Counted from the first letter of the stretch, positions 32,121 through 42,398 are shown. The stretch: 64,000 bases of DNA from Anaeromyxobacteraceae bacterium (GCA_047602405.1 JASGHJ010000001.1:1536001-1600000), one strand, 5' to 3'. The notes: generated from the sequence alone by a model not told the origin. Numbers and translations are program-made.

Positions 32121-33922
32121 GGGACCGCCGCGTTCCCCGCGAGCCGCGCCGCCGCCGGCCCGAGCACGCGCAGGCGCGGGTCGCCGGGGTACGAGTCCCG
32201 GAGCCGCCCGACGCGATCGACCGCGGCGGGGCCGTTCCGGTAACGGATCGCCGCCTCCGCCGCGGCCGCGAGGAGATCGGCACCCACGAGGAGCCCGTCC
32301 CGGTACAGCCGGTCGAGGTCCACGTCGCAGACCGCGCCCTCCACCTCGCAGCGCGCGAGCATCGTCGCGATGCGCGCCTCGCGGAGCGCCGGCGAGAGCG
32401 CCTCGGCGTGGGCCGCCTCGGCGAGCTCGGCGGCGTGGTCGCCGGCGAGGTGGAGCGCGTTCGCGAGGAACACGCGCGCCTGCGGGTTCGACGGCCCGAG
32501 CGCCACCGCGCGCCGGGCGGTCTCGAGCGCCGGGCCCGCCTCGCCGCGGCGCAGGTGGACCCACGCGAGCGCGGCCGCCGGCCGGGGCGCCTCCGGTCGG
32601 CTCGCCACCGCGCGCTCGAGCCGGTCGCGCGCCTCGTCGAGGTGGCCCGCGCGCGCGGCCGTGAGGCCGAACCACACGTTCGCGGCCGCGTCGCCGGGGT
32701 CGACCTCCAGCGCCGCGCCGAAGAGCGCCTCCTCGCTGCGCCAGGCCGGCAGCCGGAGCTCCACCGCGACCGCGCCCGCGAGCGCGGCCGCCCCGGCGAG
32801 GCCCACGAGCGCGGCGGCGACGAGGGGCCCCAGGCGCTCCCGCCCGGCGAGCCGCCGGTGCGCGGCCAGGGTCGCGAGCCCCTCGCCGAGGAGCCACGCG
32901 AGCCCGAGGGAGGGCAGGTAGAAGTACCGCTCCGGCGCCTCGCCGAGCGACGCGATGGCGACGCCCGCGAGGACGAGCGGCCCGACGAAGAGCGCCGCGG
33001 CCGGCGCAAGCCGCGGGACGCGCCAGGCGAGCAGCGCGAGGACCGCGAGGAGTGCGCCGCCGGCGGCGAGCGCCGCCACCGTGGGGGGATCGACCGGGTG
33101 GCTGACGGACAGCGGCAGCGGCGCCACCGCCCGGGCCGCCTCGCGCGCGAGCGTCGCGAGGAGCTCGGCGGGCGCACCGGCGAGCCGCGGCGTCGCGACG
33201 GGCGGGATGCCGAGCGCCGCGCGCAGGGTGAGCCAGGTGCCGAGCGCGGCCGCGACCGCGACCCATCGCGGCCAGGCGAGGCGCGGGCCGCGGTGCGCGG
33301 CCCAGTCGTCGGCCACGACGGCGAGCGCGATCGCCGCGAAGGACTCCTTCGAGAGCAGGCCCGCGAGGAAGACCGCGTAGAGCGCGAGCGGGTGCGAGAC
33401 CGATCGCCGGAAGGGCAGGAGGAGCAGCGCGAGCGCGAGCACGCCGGTGAGGAGGTCGTAGCGCGCCGAGATCCACGCGACGGTCTCGCTCTGGGCGGGG
33501 TGGAAGGCCCAGAGCACCGCCGCGGCGCACGCCGCCGCGAGGGGCACCCGCCGCCGGACCAGCAGGAGCACGAGGAGCGCCGCCGCGGCGTCGTGGAGGA
33601 GCGCGCTCGCGAGGTGGTGCAGCCACGCCGGGTTCCCGACCGCGCGCACCGCGAGGAACGAGGCGATGGGGAGCGGGCGCCAGTAGCCGCTCGGGCCGTG
33701 GGCCGGCGCGGCGCCCAGGATGAGGTCGCCGGTGAGCGCCTGCGCGAGGTGCTTGCCGCCGTCGGCGAGCGCGTACTCGGTGTCGTCCCAGACGAGCCCG
33801 GCGCGGACCGTGGGCAGGTAGAGCGCGGCCGCGCCGAGCCCCACGCACAGCGCGAGGACCCGGGCACGGTCGGCCAGGAACCTGCGGGCGGGGTGGGGCG
33901 GAGGGGTGGGGGTCCCGGGCAT
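32117..33922 (-). CDS. Membrane glycosyltransferase-like protein with TPRs (TMTC-like)
   Basis: LVWDD, YWRPL, HPAQSETVAWISAR, SKES, ERYFYLP, C-terminal TPRs. Confidence 0.8.
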   Translation of the reverse strand: MPGTPTPPPHPARRFLADRARVLALCVGLGAAALYLPTVRAGLVWDDTEYALADGGKHLAQALTGDLILGAAPAHGPSGYWRPLPIASFLAVRAVGNPAWLHHLASALLHDAAAALLVLLLVRRRVPLAAACAAAVLWAFHPAQSETVAWISARYDLLTGVLALALLLLPFRRSVSHPLALYAVFLAGLLSKESFAAIALAVVADDWAAHRGPRLAWPRWVAVAAALGTWLTLRAALGIPPVATPRLAGAPAELLATLAREAARAVAPLPLSVSHPVDPPTVAALAAGGALLAVLALLAWRVPRLAPAAALFVGPLVLAGVAIASLGEAPERYFYLPSLGLAWLLGEGLATLAAHRRLAGRERLGPLVAAALVGLAGAAALAGAVAVELRLPAWRSEEALFGAALEVDPGDAAANVWFGLTAARAGHLDEARDRLERAVASRPEAPRPAAALAWVHLRRGEAGPALETARRAVALGPSNPQARVFLANALHLAGDHAAELAEAAHAEALSPALREARIATMLARCEVEGAVCDVDLDRLYRDGLLVGADLLAAAAEAAIRYRNGPAAVDRVGRLRDSYPGDPRLRVLGPAAARLAGNAAVP

Positions 33923-34000
33923 GCGAGAGCGCCGAAGATACCCCGTTGCGATATAGATGGCCGCACCCCAGCAGGCACCCGCACTTGACGGAGGCACGGC

Positions 34001-34456
34001 ATGGCACTCGAGGTCGGGAAGAAGGCGCCCGCGTTCTCGCTGCCCGACGAGGACGGCAACACCGTGAAGCTCTCGGACTTCAAGGGCAAGAAGCTCGTCG
34101 TCTTCTTCTACCCGAAGGCCAACACCTCGGGTTGAACGCAGGAGGCCTGCGACTTCCGTGACGAAGTCGACGCGTTCAAGAAGGCGAAGGTGGCGGTGGT
34201 CGGCATCTCCAAGGACTCGCCCGCCGCGCAGAAGAAGTGGAAGGAGAAGTACGAGCTGCCGTTCCCGCTCCTCTCCGACGCCGACACCGAGGTGCAGCAG
34301 GCCTGGGGTGTCTGGAAGGAGAAGAACATGTACGGCAAGAAGGTGATGGGGACGGTGCGCACGACCGTGATCGTCGGGCCGGACGGCAAGGTCGAGAAGG
34401 TCTTCGAGAAGGTGAAGGTCGCGGGCCACGTGACCTCGGTGCTGGAGTCGCTCTAG
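34001..34456 (+). CDS. bcp: BCP/PrxQ peroxiredoxin, selenoprotein (UGA at 34133-34135)
   Basis: [25 protein letters not shown] at the peroxidatic Cys of PxxxTxxC. Frame continues to VVGISKD, PLLSD, RTTVIV. GGAGG RBS. Confidence 0.9.
34136..34175 (+). promoter_or_regulatory. Candidate bacterial SECIS hairpin
   Basis: ACGC/GCGT base stem and CGACTTC-CGTGAC-GAAGTCG upper stem immediately after the UGA. Confidence 0.6.
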
Positions 34457-34462
34457 TTGGGA

Positions 34463-34509
34463 CCCCTCGCCTCCGCCGCCTGGCGGCAGCCACGCTCGGG
34501 GTCGATCGG
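34463..34509 (-). repeat. REP-like repeat
   Basis: CCCCTCGCCTCCG-hairpin-CCACGCTCGGGG. Confidence 0.7.
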
Positions 34510-34514
34510 ATGAC

Positions 34515-35852
34515 ATGGGAAAGAAGCCTCTGAAGGAACGCCCCCCGCGGCTCGACCTCGTGGACGCGCTCGTGCTCGAGGTGCACGGGCTCGTCCACGA
34601 CCAGGCCTGGCTCGCCGACCGCGCGCTCGAGCGCGTCGTGCGCCGGGAGCGCAAGCTCTGGGCCTCCGAGCGCAGGCTCGTGGCCGAGAGCGTCTACGCG
34701 CTCGTGCGCGCGCAGGGGCAGCTCGACTTCCTGCTCGCGGGCGCGATGCCGGGCGTCCCCGCGCCGGGCGTCGACCTCGCGACCCGCTACGCCGCCTGGC
34801 TCGTCTCGGCGGGCGGCGCCTCCCGCGCCGAGGCCGCGCGGCGCCTCGCGGTGCAGCCCTCCGCGCTCGCGGCGCTCGACGGCGCCCGCGCGCGGCTCGA
34901 CGCCCTGAAGGATCCCCTCGACCGGCTCGCGGTCGAGGCGTCGCTCCCGCGCTGGATCGTGGAGAAGCTCGCCGCGGAGCTCGGCCTCGAGGAGGCGCGG
35001 ACGCTCGCCGCCTCGATGAACGCCCGCGCGCCGCTCACCGTGCGCGCGAACCTGCTCGTCGGCGATCGGGACGCGCTCCGGGAGACGCTGCGCGGGGAGG
35101 GCGTCGGGGCGGAGCCCACCAGGCACTCACCGTGGGGGCTCGTCCTCGACGGGCACCAGAACGCGTTCTCGCTCGCGTCGTTCCGGTCGGGCGCCTTCGA
35201 GATCCAGGACGAGGGCAGCCAGCTCATCGCGCTCGCCGCCGGGGCGCGCCCCGGCTGGACGGTGGTCGACGCCTGCGCCGGCGCGGGCGGGAAGTCGCTC
35301 GCCCTCGCCATGGAGATGCACAACAAGGGCTCCCTGCACGCGCTCGACACCGACGCCGACCGGCTCGACGACGCGCGCCGCCGCGCCCGCCGCGCGCACG
35401 TCCACAACCTGCGCGCGCAGGTCATCCCGGCCGACGAGGCCGCGGTCGAGGCGGTCGCGCCGCTCGCCGGCAAGGCGAAGGTGGTGCTCGTCGACGCGCC
35501 CTGCTCCGGCCTCGGCACGCTGCGCCGGAAGCCCGACGCGCGCTGGCGGCTCAAGCCCGGGGATCCCGAGCGGTTCCAGGCGCTCCAGAAGACGCTCCTC
35601 GGCCGGTTCGCCGCGCTCGCCGAGCCCGGCGGGCGGATCGTCTACGCGACCTGCGCCATCGGCCGGATGGAGAACGACGACGTCGCCGACTTCGCCGAGC
35701 AGGAGCTCGGCCTCGCGCCGGCGCCGCTCGCCGCGACGCTCGGCGAGGAGCGCCTCCGCGCGCTCGGCGGGCAAGGCAACCGGCTCTCGCTGTTCCCGCA
35801 CCGCCACGGCACCGACGGCTTCTTCATGGCCGCGTTCGAGAAGAGGAAGTAG
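34515..35852 (+). CDS. RsmB/NOL1/NOP2-family RNA m5C methyltransferase
   Basis: IQDEGSQ, DACAGAGGKS, DAPCSG, YATC, DGFF. Confidence 0.92.
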   Translation: MGKKPLKERPPRLDLVDALVLEVHGLVHDQAWLADRALERVVRRERKLWASERRLVAESVYALVRAQGQLDFLLAGAMPGVPAPGVDLATRYAAWLVSAGGASRAEAARRLAVQPSALAALDGARARLDALKDPLDRLAVEASLPRWIVEKLAAELGLEEARTLAASMNARAPLTVRANLLVGDRDALRETLRGEGVGAEPTRHSPWGLVLDGHQNAFSLASFRSGAFEIQDEGSQLIALAAGARPGWTVVDACAGAGGKSLALAMEMHNKGSLHALDTDADRLDDARRRARRAHVHNLRAQVIPADEAAVEAVAPLAGKAKVVLVDAPCSGLGTLRRKPDARWRLKPGDPERFQALQKTLLGRFAALAEPGGRIVYATCAIGRMENDDVADFAEQELGLAPAPLAATLGEERLRALGGQGNRLSLFPHRHGTDGFFMAAFEKRK

Positions 35853-36749
35853 ATGCCCGAGCTCGCCGAGGTCGAGATCGCGGCGCGGAACCTCCGGCGC
35901 TGGGCGCTCGGGCGCACCCTCGTGGAGCTCGAGGGCGCCCGGGGCGCGGGCTACGTGTTCCGGCCCGCCGGCGCCGCGCGGCTCGCGCGCGCGCTCGAGG
36001 GCGCGCGGTTCACGCACGTCGACCGGCACGGGAAGCAGCTCATGCTGACCCTCGAGCGCGACGCAGAGGGCCCATGCTGCCGGGGTGGGGCCCCGATGAG
36101 CCTTGCTCAGCGGGGCGGGGGGCGCCGAGCCCCCCGTGAAACAGGCCTGCTCGCGCACCTCGGCATGACCGGGAAGTGGCTGAGGAGGAAGGCCTCCGAG
36201 GAGCCGCCGCGCTTCTCCCGCGCCCGGCTCGAGCTCGACGACGGCCACGCGCTCCACTTCGTCGACCAGCGGCTCTTCGGGCGGCTGCGCCTCGTGCCGG
36301 AGGCGCGGTTCGACGCGGTGCCCGAGCTCGAGGCGCTCGGCCCGGATCCCCTGAAGGACGGCATCGACGTGCCCCGGCTCGCGGGCCTGCTCGCGCGCTC
36401 GCGGCTGCCGGTGAAGGTCCGCCTCATGGATCAGGCGATCCTGCCGGGCGTCGGCAACATCGTGGCCTCCGAGTCGTGCTTCCGCGCGAGGGTGAGCCCC
36501 CGCCGCAGGAGCGCGTCCCTCGCCCGCGGCGAGGTCGAGGCGATCGCGGGCGCCATCCTCGACACGGTGCAGGACGCCATCGCCCGGCAGGAGGGGCCGG
36601 AGCTCCAGTACGTCGAGGAGGGCGGCGAGAACCCGTTCCTCGTCTACGACCGCGCGGGCGAGCGGTGCCCGCGCTGCAAGCGCGGGAAGATCGAGCGCTT
36701 CGTGCAGGCCCAGCGCGCGACCTTCCACTGCCCGCGCTGCCAGAAGTAG
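35853..36749 (+). CDS. mutM: Fpg/Nei DNA glycosylase
   Basis: [28 protein letters not shown]-terminal CPRC...CPRCQ finger. Confidence 0.9.
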   Translation: MPELAEVEIAARNLRRWALGRTLVELEGARGAGYVFRPAGAARLARALEGARFTHVDRHGKQLMLTLERDAEGPCCRGGAPMSLAQRGGGRRAPRETGLLAHLGMTGKWLRRKASEEPPRFSRARLELDDGHALHFVDQRLFGRLRLVPEARFDAVPELEALGPDPLKDGIDVPRLAGLLARSRLPVKVRLMDQAILPGVGNIVASESCFRARVSPRRRSASLARGEVEAIAGAILDTVQDAIARQEGPELQYVEEGGENPFLVYDRAGERCPRCKRGKIERFVQAQRATFHCPRCQK

Positions 36750-36766
36750 ACTCGCCTCCCGGCATC

Positions 36767-37624
36767 ATGCGCCCCGAGGATCTCGCCACCTGGTCGATCG
36801 CGGAGCTCCGCGAGCGCTTCGTCACGCGCGGCCGGCCGCTGCCCGCCGACTGCGAGGCGTTCCTCGCCCGGGACGGGCGCGCGGGCGTGCAGGCGGTGCT
36901 GAAGGCGGTGCGCGCGCGCCGCACGGCCAACCGCGCCGAGGGCCAGCGGCTCCGCCAGCTCCTGCGCTACGAGACCGAGCTCTGGGAGCAGGGCTGCGTG
37001 CACGTCGCCGGCACCGACGAGGCGGGGATGGCGCCGCTCGCCGGCCCGGTGGTCGCCGCGGCGTGCGTGCTGCCGCACGACTACCGGCCGCGGGGCATCG
37101 ACGACTCGAAGCAGCTCGACGTGGAGGAGCGCGACCGGCTCGCGAAGGACATCAAGGCGAACGCGCTGTGCTGGGCGGTCGCGCGCGCCGAGGTCGACGA
37201 GATCGACCACCTCAACATCTACCACGCGGGCCTCCTCGCCCTGACCCGCGCGGTGCGCGGGCTCTCGGTGACGCCCGGCCACGTGCTCATCGACGCGCGG
37301 AAGCTGCCGCTCGTGAAGCTGCCGCAGACGCCGATCATCCACGGCGACGCGCTCTCGCTCACCATCGCCGCCGCGTCGATCCTGGCGAAGACCACCCGGG
37401 ACGCGCTCATGGCGGAGCTCGACGCCGAGCACCCCGGCTACGGCTTCGCCCGGCACAAGGGCTACCCCACGCCCGAGCACTTCGACGCCCTGCAGCGGCT
37501 CGGGGCCTGCCCGATCCACCGCCGCTCCTTCCAGCCCGTGAAGGTGGCCCTGGGGCTGGCCAGCTCGGCCGCGCAGGGCGATTTGTTTTCACCCGTGGAG
37601 GCGCTGCCGCGAAGGCCCGCGTAG
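36767..37624 (+). CDS. rnhB: Ribonuclease HII
   Basis: [37 protein letters not shown]. Confidence 0.95.
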   Translation: MRPEDLATWSIAELRERFVTRGRPLPADCEAFLARDGRAGVQAVLKAVRARRTANRAEGQRLRQLLRYETELWEQGCVHVAGTDEAGMAPLAGPVVAAACVLPHDYRPRGIDDSKQLDVEERDRLAKDIKANALCWAVARAEVDEIDHLNIYHAGLLALTRAVRGLSVTPGHVLIDARKLPLVKLPQTPIIHGDALSLTIAAASILAKTTRDALMAELDAEHPGYGFARHKGYPTPEHFDALQRLGACPIHRRSFQPVKVALGLASSAAQGDLFSPVEALPRRPA

Positions 37625-37633
37625 CGGGCCGGA

Positions 37634-37675
37634 GTCCCGAGCGTGGGGCCGCGAAGCGGCCCGGAGCCGGGGGAC
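37634..37675 (+). repeat. REP-like repeat
   Basis: GTCCCGAGCGTGG-hairpin-CGGAGCCGGGGGAC. Confidence 0.7.
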
Positions 37676-37792
37676 ATTGACGCCGAGCGGAGCAGTGGCT
37701 AGAAACGCCCCGAGGACCGAGCCCGACGGTGTCGGCGCGTTCCCCTTCCGCGAGCCCGCGGAGGAGAGGGCGCCCCCCGATCCGGCGACCAC

Positions 37793-39355
37793 ATGCCCCA
37801 TCCAGATCGCGACGACCGCACCCATTCCAGACCCCCTCCCGGCCTGAGCCTCGACCCCGAGCTCCCCGAGCTCGATCACCCGCCGGAGATCCCGCAGGAC
37901 CGGCTCGACCAGGACGCCCTCAAGGTCATCGTCCGGCTCCGCCACATGCGCCACCAGGCCTACCTGGTCGGCGGCTGCGTGCGGGACCTGCTCCTCCACA
38001 AGACGCCGAAGGACTTCGACGTGGCGACCGACGCCCACCCGGGCGAGGTCCGCGCGATCTTCCGCAACTGCCGGCTCATCGGCCGGCGCTTCCGGCTCGC
38101 GCACGTCTACTTCCGCGGCGGCAAGGTCATCGAGGTCGCCACCTTCCGGAAGAACCCGGTCGACGTCGGCGACGACGTGCCCGAGGGATCCGACCTCCTC
38201 ATCACCCGCGACAACGTCTTCGGCACCGCCGAGGAGGACGCCGTCCGCCGCGACTTCACGGTGAACGGCCTCTTCTACGACGTGCTCACCGGCGAGGTGA
38301 TCGACTACGTCGGCGGCCGCCAGGACCTCGAGGACCACCGCATCTCGACGATCGGCGACCCCGAGATCCGCATGCGCGAGGACCCGGTCCGCGCGCTGCG
38401 CGCGATCCGCTTCGCCGCGCGGCTCGGCTTCACCATCGCGCCCGACACCTTCGCGGCGATGCGCCGCCACGCCGGCGAGCTCGCCCGCTGCGCCCCGGCC
38501 CGCGTGCTCGAGGAGATCTTCAAGATCCTCCGCTGCGGCGGCTCGGCCCGCGCCTTCGAGCTCATGCGCGCCTGCGGCGCGCTCGCGGTGATCCTGCCCG
38601 CGCTCGGCGCCGCGTTCGACGGCTGGGACGACGCGAAGCGCCGCGCGTTCTTCGCGCACCTCGCGGCCCTCGACCGCAAGGTCCGGGCCGGCGAGGACCT
38701 CTCCGAGGCCGTCCTGCTCGGGACGCTGCTCGTGCACCTCCCGGTGGACGAGACCGGCGACCGCCCCGAGGCGGACGCGCTCATGACCTCGCTCGTCGCG
38801 ACCTCGCGCCTGCCGCGGAAGATCGCCGAGCGCATCCGGCTCGCGCTCGTCGCGCTGCGCGCCCAGAAGTCGCCCGAGAAGGGCGGCGGCCGGCGCCGGC
38901 GCCGCGGCCGCGGCGGCCCGGGCGCGGTGCAGGACGACGCCATCCCGCTCCTCGAGATCACCGTCGAGGCGACCGGCGAGGGCAAGGAGCTCCTCGAGCG
39001 CTGGAAGAGCGCGCCGAGGAAGCACCACGCCGACCGGGACCAGGACCAGGACGAGCCGGCCCGCGACGAGCCCAGGCGCGCCCGCGAGCCTCGCCAGCGC
39101 ACCGTGGAGATCGACGCCACCCGGGCCGAGCCTGACGACGACGAGGCCGAAGACGACGCGGACGAGGCGGATGACGTTGAGGCCGCTTCTCCCGACCCGT
39201 CAGTCCCGAGCGTAGGGCCGCAAAGCGGCCCGGAGACGAGGGACGCTGCCGCGGGCGACGCCCCCCGCAAGAAGCGCCGCCGCCGCGGTGGCCGCCGCCG
39301 CCGTCGCCGTGGCGCGGGTGCCGCGCCGTCCGGCGGTGGCGCCGCCTCGACCTGA
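37793..39355 (+). CDS. pcnB: Poly(A) polymerase I
   Basis: LVGGCVRDLL, KDFDVAT, LIGRRFRLAHV (PAP signature), RRDFTVN, EDPVR. Confidence 0.93.
   Translation: MPHPDRDDRTHSRPPPGLSLDPELPELDHPPEIPQDRLDQDALKVIVRLRHMRHQAYLVGGCVRDLLLHKTPKDFDVATDAHPGEVRAIFRNCRLIGRRFRLAHVYFRGGKVIEVATFRKNPVDVGDDVPEGSDLLITRDNVFGTAEEDAVRRDFTVNGLFYDVLTGEVIDYVGGRQDLEDHRISTIGDPEIRMREDPVRALRAIRFAARLGFTIAPDTFAAMRRHAGELARCAPARVLEEIFKILRCGGSARAFELMRACGALAVILPALGAAFDGWDDAKRRAFFAHLAALDRKVRAGEDLSEAVLLGTLLVHLPVDETGDRPEADALMTSLVATSRLPRKIAERIRLALVALRAQKSPEKGGGRRRRRGRGGPGAVQDDAIPLLEITVEATGEGKELLERWKSAPRKHHADRDQDQDEPARDEPRRAREPRQRTVEIDATRAEPDDDEAEDDADEADDVEAASPDPSVPSVGPQSGPETRDAAAGDAPRKKRRRRGGRRRRRRGAGAAPSGGGAAST
39196..39245 (+). repeat. 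REP-like repeat inside the pcnB CDS
   Basis: Translated in frame as PSVPSVGPQSGPETRD. Confidence 0.8.
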
Positions 39356-39360
39356 GCGAA

Positions 39361-39423
39361 CCCTCGACTTCCCGCCCATCCCGAGCCCCTCCGCGAGCTC
39401 GGGGGTGGCGGAGTCGAGGGACG
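39361..39423. repeat. Composite REP palindrome
   Basis: CCCTCGACT...AGTCGAGGG ends around a CATCCCGAGC...GCTCGGG inner stem. Confidence 0.75.
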
Positions 39424-39448
39424 GAAAACCCCCTCGGAGAACGGTCGC

Positions 39449-39477
39449 TTGACCGCTGAGGCGGTGTTTCGTACAAC
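39449..39477 (+). promoter_or_regulatory. Sigma70-like promoter of pyrH-frr
   Basis: TTGACC-N17-TACAAC, 9 nt before the ATG. Confidence 0.6.
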
Positions 39478-39486
39478 CCGCCGAAC

Positions 39487-40239
39487 ATGGCGAGCCCCAA
39501 AGCGTCCGCGGCGAAGCCCGTCTACAAGCGCATCCTCCTGAAGCTCTCCGGAGAGGCGCTGATGGGCGAGGGCAAGTACGGCATCTCCCCGAAGACGCTC
39601 GTCGCGATCGCGAACGACGTGAAGGACTGCGTCGATCTCGGGGTCGAGGTCGCGCTCACGATCGGCGGCGGCAACATCTTCCGCGGCGTCTCCGGCGCGA
39701 CGGAGGGCATGGATCGCTCCTCCGCCGACTACATGGGCATGCTCGCCACCGTCATCAACGCGATGGCGCTGCAGGACGCGCTCGAGAAGATCGGCGTCCA
39801 GACGCGGGTGCAGTCGGCCATCGAGATGCACCAGGTCGCCGAGCCCTACATCCGCCGCCGCGCCATCCGCCACCTCGAGAAGGGCCGGGTGGTGATCTTC
39901 GCGGCCGGCACCGGCAACCCGTACTTCACGACCGACACCGCCGCCTCGCTCCGCGCCATGGAAATCCACGCGGACGTGCTGCTCAAGGCGACGAAGGTCG
40001 ACGGCGTCTACACCGACGACCCGAAGAAGAACGCGAGCGCCGTGAAGTTCAAGGAGCTCAGCTACATCGACGTCCTGAAGAAGAACCTCAAGGTGATGGA
40101 CTCGACCGCCATCAGCCTCTGCATGGACAACGATCTCCCCATCATCGTGTTCGACTCCACCCTGCGCGGGAACGTGCGCAAGGTGGTCCTGGGCGACGAG
40201 ATCGGCACGACGGTCGGGCGCATGAAGGCGCGGCACTGA
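39487..40239 (+). CDS. pyrH: UMP kinase
   Basis: [27 protein letters not shown]. Confidence 0.97.
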   Translation: MASPKASAAKPVYKRILLKLSGEALMGEGKYGISPKTLVAIANDVKDCVDLGVEVALTIGGGNIFRGVSGATEGMDRSSADYMGMLATVINAMALQDALEKIGVQTRVQSAIEMHQVAEPYIRRRAIRHLEKGRVVIFAAGTGNPYFTTDTAASLRAMEIHADVLLKATKVDGVYTDDPKKNASAVKFKELSYIDVLKKNLKVMDSTAISLCMDNDLPIIVFDSTLRGNVRKVVLGDEIGTTVGRMKARH

Positions 40240-40254
40240 GCTTCACGGGGGGCT

Positions 40255-40304
40255 CGTCCCTCGACTCCGGCCCGCTGCGCGGGCCTACGCTCGGGATGAG
40301 CGGG
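40255..40304 (-). repeat. REP-like repeat
   Basis: CGTCCCTCGACTCCG-hairpin-CTACGCTCGGGATGAGCGG. Confidence 0.85.
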
Positions 40305-40324
40305 CAGGCGAAAAGGAGCACTCC

Positions 40325-40888
40325 ATGGGCATGGGCGACGACATCCTGAAGGACATGCACGACGGCGTCCTCGCGACGCTCGACGACCTCCGCCGCGAGC
40401 TCGCCGCCGTCCGCACCGGCCGGGCGAGCCTGCACCTCCTCGACTCGATCCGCGTCGACTACTACGGCACGCCGACCCCGCTGCAGCAGGTGTCGACGCT
40501 GTCGGTGCCCGAGGCGCGCCTCATCGTGGTGAAGCCCTGGGAGAAGAACCTCATCCCGGTCATCGAGAAGGCCATCCGGGACGCCAACCTCGGCGTGAAC
40601 CCGATGTCCGACAAGGACCTCGTCCGCGTCCCGATCCCGCCGCTCACCGAGGAGCGCCGCAAGGAGATCGTGAAGCAGGTGAAGCACAAGGGCGAGGACC
40701 ACAAGATCGCCATCCGGAACAAGCGCCGCGACGCGAAGGAGATGGTCGACGAGGCCACCAAGGACGGCGACATCTCCGAGGACGAGGCGAAGAAGTTCCA
40801 GGAGAAGATCCAGAAGGAGACGGACGACGGCGTGAAGAAGGTCGACGAGATCATCGCCGCCAAGGAGAAGGAGGTCCTGCAGGTCTGA
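40325..40888 (+). CDS. frr: Ribosome recycling factor
   Basis: VRTGRAS, VDYYG, PPLTEERRKE. Confidence 0.97.
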   Translation: MGMGDDILKDMHDGVLATLDDLRRELAAVRTGRASLHLLDSIRVDYYGTPTPLQQVSTLSVPEARLIVVKPWEKNLIPVIEKAIRDANLGVNPMSDKDLVRVPIPPLTEERRKEIVKQVKHKGEDHKIAIRNKRRDAKEMVDEATKDGDISEDEAKKFQEKIQKETDDGVKKVDEIIAAKEKEVLQV

Positions 40889-40901
40889 CCTGCAGGCCTT
40901 C

Positions 40902-41312
40902 GTGATCCTCGCCGTCCTCCGCGCCACCTCCACGAGCGCCGATCTCTCCGCGCTCCTCGCCGCGCACCCCGCGGTCGAGCCCGGCAGCACCTGGCAGAAG
41001 GGCGACCCCGACCTCCGCGGCGAGCGCGAGGAGGCGAGCGGCTTCAGCCTGCTCGTCTCGCAGGACCTCCCGTGGGAGGAGACGCTCGAGGCCACCCTCG
41101 CGCGGCTCGCCGAGCTCGCGCCGCTCCTGCGGGACCTGCGCGCCGCGGGCGCCGACGTCTGGGTGGACTTCGGGATGACCGTCGGCGCGCTCGAGTCCTA
41201 CGCCGAGGCGGTCGTGTTCTCGCCCGAGGACCTGGGCCGCCTCGCCGCGCTGGGCGTGGCGGTGGTCGTCTCGGCCTACCCGGTCGGCGACGGCGAAGCC
41301 CTCTCATCCTGA
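40902..41312 (+). CDS. Hypothetical protein (DUF4279-like)
   Basis: TWQKGD start and LGRLAALGVAVVVSAY end resemble DUF4279 proteins. Confidence 0.55.
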   Translation: MILAVLRATSTSADLSALLAAHPAVEPGSTWQKGDPDLRGEREEASGFSLLVSQDLPWEETLEATLARLAELAPLLRDLRAAGADVWVDFGMTVGALESYAEAVVFSPEDLGRLAALGVAVVVSAYPVGDGEALSS

Positions 41313-41418
41313 GCGTAGCCGCGCCCGACTGCTCAACCTGAGCGTAGCCATGCCTGCCCGCTCATCCTGAGCGTAGCCATGCCTGCCCGCTCATCCTGAG
41401 CGTAGCCGAAGGATGAGC
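41303..41418. repeat. Tandem array of REP half-sites, period 29 nt, 4 copies
   Basis: CTCAWCCTGAGCGTAGCC at 41303, 41332, 41361 and 41390 with 11-nt linkers. Confidence 0.9.
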
Positions 41419-41420
41419 CG

Positions 41421-41868
41421 CTAGTACCAGAACATGCACGCGAGGATCAGCACCCAGAGCAGGTGCCCGATCCCGTTCACCATCGCGATGCGCTTCGCGG
41501 CGGGGTCGCCCGCCGGCACGTCCTCGCCCGCCTGGATGCGCGCCACGAGCTTCTTCGCGGCCGGCGAGAGCATCGCCCCGTAGAGGCCGAGCCGCACCAC
41601 TGCGAGCACGAGCCCGAGGACGATCGACATCCGCGGGTGCGTCTTCATCGCCATCTCCTGGTAGCCGATGATCGCGAACCCGGTGAGGATCGTGGCCGCG
41701 CCCGCCCACTGGTCCGCGCGCACCGCCGAGAGGAGCCGCGCCGGCAGCGCCGTCACGAAGGGCTTCCCGAGCGCGAGCGTCCGCCGGACGTCGCCGGCCA
41801 CCCAGACCGCGGCAGCGAGCCAGCTCGAGGCGGCGAGGACGTGGGCGAAGAGGAGGATTCTGGATCAC
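41421..41868 (-). CDS. Membrane protein (DUF2269-like); apparent +1 frameshift at 41858-41859
   Basis: Removing one A from CAGAATC gives MIQILLFAHVLAASSWLAAAVWVAGD..., continuous with the downstream 4-TM ORF. Confidence 0.7.
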
Positions 41869-41963
41869 GGTGGTCTCCGGGCGGGCTGTTCGGGCAGCGG
41901 GCTCTTAACGGGCCGCCAGGCCGGTTTCACTGCGACTTCTTGCCCGACTGGACCACCCCGAAA

Positions 41964-42012
41964 CCGTACGCCCCGAGCGTAGCCGCCGCACAGCGGCGGC
42001 GAAGACGAGGGG
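41964..42012 (+). repeat. REP-like repeat
   Basis: CCGTACGCCCCGAGCGTAG-hairpin-CGAAGACGAGGGG. Confidence 0.8.
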
Positions 42013-42398
42013 CGGTGCGCCGCAGGGGTGAACCCGGAGTTGCGGGGCCTGGGCCTGGGCGAGACCGTACGATGCGTGTGAGTACGGGGAGGACCGAGTT
42101 GGCCTTTATGACGAGATGGACCCAGCGATTCGCGCTCGGCCGCCCCGCCACCGCCGACGAGGTCGTGGAGGCGCTACGGGCTCGTGTCGCCGCGCTCGGC
42201 GTGAGCGCGCGCCGCGTGGACTCGACCGGACTCGAGTTCTCGAGCGAGTGGGATTGGATGCGCTCGCGTTGGCATCCGGCGATCGACTCCCCACCGGCCT
42301 CCTCACGCCGGTGACCGACCCGTGCATCTGCGCGCGTGCGACGAAGACGTCTTCCTCGTGTGGGCGCGGCCGCCCGCGCCCTGAGCGCCAGGCGCGGA

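Noticed and set aside
34133..34135. Nonsense mutation in bcp
   Set aside because: The stop is TGA exactly at the catalytic Cys with a downstream hairpin, the selenoprotein pattern.
41303..41418. CRISPR array
   Set aside because: Repeat is 18 nt, linkers are only 11 nt and two are identical, the unit is a REP half-site, and no cas genes are present.
42108..42314. Short ORF MTRWTQRFALG...
   Set aside because: Possibly a truncated gene, but it has no recognisable motif and too little support to call.
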